A DNA stretch of 64,000 nt. Source: Deltaproteobacteria bacterium (GTDB lineage Bacteria; Desulfobacterota; Desulfuromonadia; Geobacterales; DSM-12255). The notes beneath the pieces are model-generated. The model was not told where the DNA came from. It saw only the letters and a program-made list of their open reading frames with translations, and made no database searches. Within the stretch, counting starts at the first letter, position 1; each line of letters opens with the position of its first letter. Positions 9,663 to 16,111 of the stretch are shown piece after piece. The DNA is taken from assembly GCA_021849045.1 (NCBI GenBank), contig JAJZTK010000002.1:1602-65601 (forward strand), written 5' to 3'. The translations under genes were made by a program, and so were the position numbers.

Positions 9663-10814
9663 ATGTTTGAATTCGATGAGAATATTGACCAGGTGGCACG
9701 AATCAAGGTGTTCGGTGTTGGCGGGGGGGGGAGCAACGCAGTCAACACGATGATCGACAAAAATGTCAATCATGTGGACTTTATCGTTGCCAATACCGAC
9801 GCCCAGGCGCTGCGTACCTCCAAGGCGACAACCAAGCTGCAGATCGGCGGCGAGCTGACCAAGGGTCTCGGCGCCGGGGCAGACCCGAGCAAGGGGCGCG
9901 ATGCCGCCCTCGAGGACCGGGAGCGGCTGCTGGAGATCCTGCAGGGGGCCGACATGGTCTTCGTGGCCGCTGGCATGGGGGGCGGCACCGGTACCGGCGC
10001 TGCGCCGGTCATTGCCGATGCGGCCAAAGAGCTCGGTATTCTGACCGTCGGTGTGGTGACCAAACCGTTCACCCGTGAGGGCCGTCGTCGCATGACCCAG
10101 GCTGAGGACGGTGTCCGCGAACTGAAGAAGCATGTGGACTCCCTCATCGTCATCCCCAACGACCGATTGATCGGTCTTGCCGGCAAGAGCACCTCCATCC
10201 TCGACGCCTTCAAGCCGGCCGACGACGTGCTGCGCCAGGCGGTGCAGGGCATTTCGGACCTGATCACCACCCACGGCATGATCAACGTCGACTTTGCCGA
10301 CGTTAAGGCGATCATGAGCGAGCGCGGCATGGCCATGATGGGGATCGGCATCTCCTCCGGCGACAACCGGGCCATGGAGGCTGCCACTGCCGCCATTTCC
10401 AGCCCGCTCCTGGAAGACATCGACATCTCCGGTGCCAGAGGGGTGCTCGTCAATATCTGCGGTTCATCCAAGATGACCATGGACGAGTATGACGCGGTCA
10501 GCCGGATCATCCACGAAAAGGTTCACGAGGATGCCAATATCATCATCGGTCTGGTGGTGGACGAGGCAATGGAGGATCGGCTCAAGGTGACCGCCATCGC
10601 AACCGGCTTCGGTGACCGGTTTGACGCCGACTATGCCCGCCAGGAAGGGCGCAAGGTCTCCTCGCTCCCGCCGCGCCAGGAAGTGAACCGCGACATCCCG
10701 GCCTATATCCGCCGCGAGCAGCAGGGGCGCTCCTTCTATGGCCGCCAGCCCGGCTTCTCTGATGAGGAGGACCAGTACGATATCCCGACCTTCCTGCGCA
10801 AGTCGGTCGACTAG
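9663..10814 (+). CDS. ftsZ: cell division protein FtsZ
   Basis: ATG at 9663 is preceded by AAGGGGG. The protein has [10 protein letters not shown], the tubulin signature [15 protein letters not shown] and the C-terminal DIPTFLRK peptide. The track start at 9630 adds 11 non-conserved residues. Confidence 0.95.
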   Translation: MFEFDENIDQVARIKVFGVGGGGSNAVNTMIDKNVNHVDFIVANTDAQALRTSKATTKLQIGGELTKGLGAGADPSKGRDAALEDRERLLEILQGADMVFVAAGMGGGTGTGAAPVIADAAKELGILTVGVVTKPFTREGRRRMTQAEDGVRELKKHVDSLIVIPNDRLIGLAGKSTSILDAFKPADDVLRQAVQGISDLITTHGMINVDFADVKAIMSERGMAMMGIGISSGDNRAMEAATAAISSPLLEDIDISGARGVLVNICGSSKMTMDEYDAVSRIIHEKVHEDANIIIGLVVDEAMEDRLKVTAIATGFGDRFDADYARQEGRKVSSLPPRQEVNRDIPAYIRREQQGRSFYGRQPGFSDEEDQYDIPTFLRKSVD

Positions 10815-10838
10815 ATCATCAGTCTCAACTACCCCTGA

Positions 10839-10884
10839 ACCCGGCCCCCCTTTCTCCCCCGGATGGGTGGGCCGGGTCTTTTTT
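10839..10884 (+). terminator. rho-independent terminator after ftsZ
   Basis: ACCCGGCCC (10839-10847) pairs with GGGCCGGGT (10869-10877), a 9-bp GC-rich stem. It is followed by CTTTTTT. Confidence 0.6.
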
Positions 10885-10922
10885 CCCTTTGCACCCCAGT
10901 CCCCCCATGGTACCTTTCCCCC

Positions 10923-12620
10923 ATGTCGTGGAAGATCACTGAAAGACTCAGGGAGACCCTGGCTGCCGAGAAGGGTTCCCTCCCGACCCGCCGTGGTGCG
11001 GCTCTCTCCATTTGCCTTGTCTACCCGAATCGTTACCGTACCGCCATGGGGAACCTGGGGTTCCAGACGGTTCACGGCCTGCTGAACGGGATACCCGGCG
11101 TGCTCTGCGAGCGGGCCTTTCTGCCCGATGCCGAGGATCTGCAGGAGTATCGGCGCAGCGGCACACCGCTCCTCTCCCTGGAGAGCCAGCGGCCGGTGGC
11201 GGATTTCGACATGCTGGCCTTTTCCGTCTCATTCGAGAGCGATTACCTGAACCTGCCGATCATCTTCTCCCTTGCCGGACTTCCTCCGTTTGCTGCCGAT
11301 CGTAACAACAGCATGCCGCTGGTCATGGCCGGCGGTGCCGCGCTCTTCCTCAACCCCGAACCGGCGGCTGATTTTCTCGACCTGGTGGTCATCGGCGAGG
11401 CCGAGCCACTGCTGGCACCGCTGGTTGCTGCCATCCTGGGGAACGAAGGTGTCGGTCGGAGCGAACTGCTCCGCACTCTTTGCACCCTCCCCGGCATGTA
11501 TGTCCCCAGCCTCTATACCCCTGAATATGAGGGTAGCCGCCTGGCCGCGGTCCGGGCGACTGGCGGTGCCCCTCCCCGGGTACAGCGGGTCTGGGCCGCC
11601 GACCTGGACAGCCAGCCGACCGGCACCCGTATCCATGCGCCTCAGGCCGAATTCGGCGACATGCACCTGGTGGAGCTTTCCCGCGGCTGCCCGCGGGGGT
11701 GCCGGTTCTGCGCTGCCGGCTTTATCTATCTCCCCTACCGGGGGCGTTCGCTGGAAACCATCAAGCGGCAGGTGGACGAGGCGCTGCAGGAGCATCGCCG
11801 GATCGGGCTGGTGGCTGCCGCGGTCGGCGACTTTCGCGGGATCGGTGAACTCTGCCGCCATATCCTCGACGCCGGCGGTCAGGTCTCGGTCTCCTCGCTT
11901 CGCATCGACGGCCTGGATAGCGAGATGATTGAGGTGCTGGCGGCGAGCGGTCACAAGACCGCGACCCTGGCACCGGAGGGCGGTTCCCAGCGGCTGCGCG
12001 ACCTGATACGGAAGGGGATCACCGAGGATCAGATCCTTGATGCCTGCGAGCGGCTCATTGCCCGGGACATCCTGAACCTGAAGCTCTACTTCATCATCGG
12101 CCTGCCGACCGAGACGGATGGTGATCTTGCCGAGTTGGTGGCATTGGTGGAAAAGATCAGGCTGCGGGTGGTTGAGCGGGCGAAGCAGAATCGGCGGCTG
12201 GGTGAGATCACCCTGTCAGTGAACCCATTCATCCCCAAACCGTGGACCCCCTTCCAGTGGTGCGGCATGGCTCCGCTCAAGGAGTTGGAGCGAAAGGTCG
12301 CCCGGCTCCGCAAGGCGCTGGGCAAGGTGCCGAATGTGAAGCTACAGGTGGAGGGGCTCAAGGAGGCGCTTTTGCAGGCACTCCTGTCACGAGGCGACCG
12401 CCGGCTTGCACCGTTGTTGGTGGCGGCTGCCAGTTCAGGGAGCTGGCGTCGGGCTGCGAAGGAGCTCGGTGTGGATGTGGAGGCGCTGACAGGGCGCACC
12501 ATCCCATTGGACGAGTTCCTTCCCTGGGGATTCATAGAAAGTGAGAACAGTGAGCATCTGGTACGGGAATACGTGGCCGGCTTGGAGTCAGCGGCTGTGA
12601 CGGGTGACGTCCCCAGTTGA
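10923..12620 (+). CDS. B12-binding-domain radical SAM protein (TIGR03960-like)
   Basis: The N-terminus reads LVYPNRYRTAMGNLGFQTVHGLLN and the radical SAM cluster motif is CPRGCRFCAAG. ATG 10923 was chosen because the 10863 start lies inside the ftsZ terminator. Confidence 0.75.
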   Translation: MSWKITERLRETLAAEKGSLPTRRGAALSICLVYPNRYRTAMGNLGFQTVHGLLNGIPGVLCERAFLPDAEDLQEYRRSGTPLLSLESQRPVADFDMLAFSVSFESDYLNLPIIFSLAGLPPFAADRNNSMPLVMAGGAALFLNPEPAADFLDLVVIGEAEPLLAPLVAAILGNEGVGRSELLRTLCTLPGMYVPSLYTPEYEGSRLAAVRATGGAPPRVQRVWAADLDSQPTGTRIHAPQAEFGDMHLVELSRGCPRGCRFCAAGFIYLPYRGRSLETIKRQVDEALQEHRRIGLVAAAVGDFRGIGELCRHILDAGGQVSVSSLRIDGLDSEMIEVLAASGHKTATLAPEGGSQRLRDLIRKGITEDQILDACERLIARDILNLKLYFIIGLPTETDGDLAELVALVEKIRLRVVERAKQNRRLGEITLSVNPFIPKPWTPFQWCGMAPLKELERKVARLRKALGKVPNVKLQVEGLKEALLQALLSRGDRRLAPLLVAAASSGSWRRAAKELGVDVEALTGRTIPLDEFLPWGFIESENSEHLVREYVAGLESAAVTGDVPS

Positions 12621-12626
12621 TTCCCG

Positions 12627-12830
12627 CTATGTGGTTGAGCCAGCCGATCGCCGTTCCTGGCCGGTATACGGCTGGCGGCTCTTAGGGGTGCGTATCGGGT
12701 CGACGCCGATGGTGACCCAACCGCTGGAACGCTCGAACTTGGCCACCGCTTTGGAGCTGATCAGGTCGTCAAGCCTGGTGGACTTGACCATGTCGTACCG
12801 GTTGTCGTGGTAGATAATGCGGACCATCAT
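12627..12830 (-). CDS. small conserved hypothetical protein (67 aa), paralog of the partial ORF at 63887
   Basis: MMVRIIYHDNRYDMVKSTRLDDLISSKAVAKFERSSGWV aligns with MLIKVIYSDNTADMVKNYLLEGLITSGRIVAFRRSDGW at the window end. A GGAGGG SD lies upstream on the minus strand. Confidence 0.6.
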   Translation of the reverse strand: MMVRIIYHDNRYDMVKSTRLDDLISSKAVAKFERSSGWVTIGVDPIRTPKSRQPYTGQERRSAGSTT

Positions 12831-13031
12831 GGATTGTTCCCTCCGTTGTCTCCAGTGCAGCCTGCGTTTGAACTGGACTGAGACTATAATGAATGCCCAC
12901 GTAAATGCAAGCAGTTTGCCATGAGTGTAACATGCTGAAACTTAAGGCTGTCTCTTGTGGTGGGATGGGCAGTTTAGTTGCAGTGTAAAAATATCCGACA
13001 ACTGCCGAACGCCTGATCCCACAGGGGAGCA

Positions 13032-13059
13032 TTGAGTTTTGGGAAACCTTTGGTATAAC
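13032..13059 (+). promoter_or_regulatory. candidate sigma70-type promoter for the OmpA-like gene
   Basis: TTGAGT-N16-TATAAC with a TG two bases upstream of the -10 element. It lies about 35 nt upstream of ATG 13094. Confidence 0.3.
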
Positions 13060-13093
13060 AGGACCCAAAGGAATCTGAGAGAGGAGATCTAAT

Positions 13094-13750
13094 ATGAAAA
13101 GAACTGTATGCGGAGTACTTTTGTTGGCGGTAACACTGGCGGGGTGTGCCGAGCCGCTGAGCCGGACCCAGAAGGGGTCGCTGATCGGGACCGGTGCCGG
13201 TGCGGCTGCCGGCGCCGCCCTTGGCCAGGCCATTGGCCGCAACACCTCATCGACCCTGATCGGTGCCGGCATCGGTGCGGCGGTCGGCGGTCTGAGCGGT
13301 GGGTTGATCGGCAACTACATGGACAAGCAGGAAGCTGCCCTGCGTCAGGAATTCTCCGCCGTGGAAGGTGCCAGCGTCCAGCGCGACCTGGATACCCTGG
13401 CCGTCAATTTCAAGTCTGATCTGCTGTTTGACGTCAATTCAACCTCCGTGAAGGGGGGGGCTTTTGACGAACTGGCCCGGGTTGCCCGGGTTGTCAACCA
13501 GTATCCCCAGACAACCCTAACGATTGCCGGGCACACCGACAGTACCGGCAAGGCCGACCACAACCAGAAGCTCTCCGAACGGCGGGCCGAAGCGGTGAAG
13601 AATGCCCTGGTGGGGCAGGGGGTGGCTGCCTCCCGCATCAACACCATTGGCTACGGTCCGTCCAAGCCGATTGGCGACAACCACACCGAGTCGGGACGGG
13701 CGATGAACCGGAGAGTCAATATCTACATCAAACCGAACCAGCAACAGTAA
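13094..13750 (+). CDS. OmpA-family lipoprotein with glycine-zipper region
   Basis: Lipoprotein signal with lipobox (LLLAVTLAGC). A Gly-rich segment (GTGAGAAAGAALGQAIG...GGLSGGLIG) is followed by a C-terminal OmpA-like domain (TIAGHTDSTGKADHNQKLSERRAEAVKNAL, NRRVNI). Confidence 0.85.
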   Translation: MKRTVCGVLLLAVTLAGCAEPLSRTQKGSLIGTGAGAAAGAALGQAIGRNTSSTLIGAGIGAAVGGLSGGLIGNYMDKQEAALRQEFSAVEGASVQRDLDTLAVNFKSDLLFDVNSTSVKGGAFDELARVARVVNQYPQTTLTIAGHTDSTGKADHNQKLSERRAEAVKNALVGQGVAASRINTIGYGPSKPIGDNHTESGRAMNRRVNIYIKPNQQQ

Positions 13751-13775
13751 CCAATAGTTCAAGGGACAGTGTGTC

Positions 13776-13813
13776 GGCGGGGCGGCATCTTCCGGTGCGC
13801 CCCGCCGTTTTTG
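13776..13813 (+). terminator. rho-independent terminator after the OmpA-like gene
   Basis: GGCGGGGCG (13776-13784) pairs with CGCCCCGCC (13798-13806). It is followed by GTTTTTG. Confidence 0.65.
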
Positions 13814-13828
13814 TTGCGGCAGGCAGGA

Positions 13829-14614
13829 TCACTTTTTCTGCAGATTTTCCCGTTCTTGATTGAAGATGTGGGTGATGATGGCGTCCCGGTCACGCTGTTC
13901 CAGGTAGCGAAAGGCCATGGAGGTGGGGTAGGCGGAGTGGCCGAGGTTGAGACGCAGTTCGCCGGTCCTGGTGACCGAGCCGATGGTGTGGACCGCCCGG
14001 GGCGGAGGACCGACCAGAAACAGGTCAAGAAGGACCAGGGTGCCGATGGGAAGTTTGAGCGGCATCACGATGCGAATGCCGCCGCCGCTCAGGTTGACGT
14101 GCTGGGGGAGCAGATCCATGCCGGGCTCCCACCCGACAACCTTGAACCCGCTTTCATGTGGCTCGAAAAGTGGCGGGAAGCCGTTGGCGCTGAACCGGTT
14201 GCGCAGTTCGCACTCGGCCCGGACATGGTTCAGCAACTGATTTTCCGGCACCTTATAGAGCAGCGGCAGGTCCAGGTCAAGGCGGTAATATTCACGCCGC
14301 TGGTGGACTGATACTTCATCCACGAGCTGGAGCCGGAGTTCTCTCCCTCTGATCCGCCCGGCCAGGACGGCGTGACAGCGATAAATCGCCCAGCCGTCAA
14401 GGCTGGTGACCGTTACCGCCATGTCGCCGGTGGCGGCAATCTCCAACGGGAGCCCCTTGCCCAGCAGTTCCACGATCAGTATTGCTCCATCCATCGTGAG
14501 GACAATGCCGTTTTCCTCCAGGGGCGGCCCGCTTCCGGGGTGGAGGTGCAGCGTGACCGGCTGGTCGGGCCTGAAAAACAGTGTGTACTGTAACTGCGCC
14601 ATGGCTGTCCCCAT
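13829..14614 (-). CDS. PilZ domain-containing protein (predicted c-di-GMP receptor)
   Basis: 261 aa with the PilZ signatures QRREYYRLDL (RxxxR) and VNLSGGGIRIV (D/NxSxxG). It starts 15 nt after the upstream HTH gene stop. An alternative ATG lies at 14602. Confidence 0.75.
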   Translation of the reverse strand: MGTAMAQLQYTLFFRPDQPVTLHLHPGSGPPLEENGIVLTMDGAILIVELLGKGLPLEIAATGDMAVTVTSLDGWAIYRCHAVLAGRIRGRELRLQLVDEVSVHQRREYYRLDLDLPLLYKVPENQLLNHVRAECELRNRFSANGFPPLFEPHESGFKVVGWEPGMDLLPQHVNLSGGGIRIVMPLKLPIGTLVLLDLFLVGPPPRAVHTIGSVTRTGELRLNLGHSAYPTSMAFRYLEQRDRDAIITHIFNQERENLQKK

Positions 14615-14629
14615 CCCCCACCGGGCTTG

Positions 14630-15568
14630 TTACCTGATCACGATAAACGTGCGGCTGGTGGTATCCCAGCGGTACCCTTTGCCGTTCCAGATCGCCTCGA
14701 TACTCTTCCAGTCAAGCCCCAGTCCCTTCATCTCTTCGCACAGATAATAGGCCGGCATGATCTCGTTGTCGTCGATCCTGCCGTCGCCATTCTGGTCGGC
14801 CCAGTGCCGGTCGGCAACGGTGATGGTGCGGGAGCCGCCGACCGCTTCGGTCCTGGTTTCCTCGCCGGTATGGGTGACCACGCTGCCGGCAAACGAGGCC
14901 TTTCCTTTCAGGGGAAGATTCGACGGCACCTGGACGGTATAGGAGACGGTCTGTTGACCCTCGGCAGCGGGCAGCAGCCATTTGGCCTCGTCGGCCGGAC
15001 CCCGGCCCGGCGGAACCGGCGGATTGGCGTTCACCAGGCTCCAGCCAGCCGGGAGCTGCTCTTTGAGGATGTAACCCTTGCCTGAAGGGGAGCCCTTAAG
15101 TATCCTTACCTGGACCGGAATGATCGTCCCGGGGGCGGCAAATGGCGGCAGCACGCGGATAGCGGTGGGGGGGGCGGCAAACTGGCGGGAAAAGAACAGG
15201 ATCAGTGCCAGCAGCAAGAGCAGGGCAATGCCTGCAATGAGACCCCAACGGGGGCGTGCGGGCGGGGGGGTAGAAGGTTGTTCCGACTCGGGTTCCGCTT
15301 CACGGGGGAGCATTTCCGGCTCTTCCTGCCGGAGGATCTCTTCCAGGTCCACTTCCAGTGCGACAGCCAGCTTTTCGGCGTTGTCGCGTTTGATGGACGG
15401 GTAGCGGTTGTTTTCCCATCGTGAGATGGTGTCGGTCGTGACGCCAACCACACTGGCCACGTAGAGCTGGGTCAGTTTTTTGGTTTCCCTGATCCCCTTG
15501 ATCCTGGTGCCGTCGATGGCAAGGGCCGGAGAGGGAGCAGGAGCAGATTTTTCCCGGATTTCATCCAT
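14630..15568 (-). CDS. membrane-anchored XRE-type helix-turn-helix regulator with extracytoplasmic domain
   Basis: N-terminal HTH (IRETKKLTQLYVASVVGVTTDTISRWENN), a Pro-rich linker and one TM (WGLIAGIALLLLLALILFF). The C-terminal domain ends with a Ca-binding-loop-like DQNGDGRIDDNEI. ATG 15568 was chosen; the track uses TTG at 15577. Confidence 0.7.
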   Translation of the reverse strand: MDEIREKSAPAPSPALAIDGTRIKGIRETKKLTQLYVASVVGVTTDTISRWENNRYPSIKRDNAEKLAVALEVDLEEILRQEEPEMLPREAEPESEQPSTPPPARPRWGLIAGIALLLLLALILFFSRQFAAPPTAIRVLPPFAAPGTIIPVQVRILKGSPSGKGYILKEQLPAGWSLVNANPPVPPGRGPADEAKWLLPAAEGQQTVSYTVQVPSNLPLKGKASFAGSVVTHTGEETRTEAVGGSRTITVADRHWADQNGDGRIDDNEIMPAYYLCEEMKGLGLDWKSIEAIWNGKGYRWDTTSRTFIVIR

Positions 15569-15677
15569 GGTTCTCAATCAAACAGGTATCGACCTGATTT
15601 TCAATGATGTTTTCGCGTGGGGGCTGCCAGGCCGGAACCCGACATCGGGTCGTATGGCGGTAGATGTCCATGGCATA

Positions 15678-15701
15678 ACCCCAATCTATGGGGTAGTTTT
15701 T
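15678..15701 (+). promoter_or_regulatory. small hairpin plus U5 tract in the ppcA upstream region (possible leader attenuator)
   Basis: ACCCCA (15678-15683) pairs with TGGGGT (15689-15694) across loop ATCTA. It is followed by AGTTTTT. No + strand gene lies upstream for it to terminate. Confidence 0.3.
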
Positions 15702-15710
15702 ACCACAAAC

Positions 15711-15726
15711 GGATAAAAAATTATCC
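15711..15726. promoter_or_regulatory. inverted repeat GGATAA-N4-TTATCC just upstream of the ppcA RBS
   Basis: Perfect 6-bp arms separated by AAAA. It lies 23 nt upstream of ATG 15749. Confidence 0.3.
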
Positions 15727-15748
15727 AAAAAACGAAAGGAGCATCATC

Positions 15749-16021
15749 ATGAAACGGATCATCTCTGCAGTTGCCCTCACCCTGTTTGCCGCAAGTATGG
15801 CCCTGGCGGCCGACACCATCACCCTGCCGGCAAAGAACGGTAACATCACCTTTCCCCACAAGCAGCACCAGGAAGCGCTGAAGGAGTGCAAAAAGTGTCA
15901 CGAGAAGGGTCCGGGCAAGATCGAGGGATTCGGCAAGGATTGGGCGCACAAGACCTGCAAAGGGTGTCATGAAGAGCTGAAGAAAGGGCCGACCAAGTGC
16001 GGGGAGTGCCACAAGAAGTAG
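15749..16021 (+). CDS. ppcA: periplasmic triheme cytochrome c7, PpcA family
   Basis: 90 aa with a signal peptide (MKRIISAVALTLFAASMALA) and three CXXCH motifs (CKKCH, CKGCH, CGECH). The long stretch CKKCHEKGPGKIEGFGK...CKGCHEE.KKGPTKCGECHKK matches Geobacter PpcA as I remember it. An AAAGGAG SD lies upstream. Confidence 0.88.
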   Translation: MKRIISAVALTLFAASMALAADTITLPAKNGNITFPHKQHQEALKECKKCHEKGPGKIEGFGKDWAHKTCKGCHEELKKGPTKCGECHKK

Positions 16022-16040
16022 CAAATCCCGAGGTTGAGTA

Positions 16041-16070
16041 AGAGGGGACGGCTCTGGTCGTTCCCTCTTT
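16041..16070 (+). terminator. candidate terminator after ppcA
   Basis: AGAGGGGACG (16041-16050) pairs with CGTTCCCTCT (16059-16068) with one G-U wobble. It is followed by a weak U-tract (TTCCCTGTTG). Confidence 0.45.
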
Positions 16071-16111
16071 CCCTGTTGCCCCTCGCGGCCCAACCATGTA
16101 TCTTCATCCGG

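Noticed and set aside
559-10274. Long antisense or out-of-frame ORFs across the dcw cluster (for example 559-1644 minus, 1767-3173 minus, 4813-6615 minus, 8304-10274 minus).
   Set aside because: They lie opposite or overlapping strongly recognisable genes. Their translations are Arg/Gly/Pro/Ala/His-rich low-complexity strings typical of GC-rich shadow frames, and they lack SD sequences.
12604-12813. 69-aa + strand ORF overlapping the small protein gene at 12627-12830.
   Set aside because: It is the antisense shadow of the minus-strand ORF. The minus-strand ORF has an SD, a paralog at 63887 and a sensible sequence pattern. The + strand ORF would also overlap the 3' end of the radical SAM gene.
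15578-15748. GEMM-type cyclic-dinucleotide riboswitch in the ppcA leader, since such riboswitches control some Geobacter electron-transfer genes.
   Set aside because: No GCAAACC / ACGCAAAGC-like conserved segments are present. Only a small hairpin with U5 and an A/T-rich inverted repeat were seen, and these are reported at low confidence.
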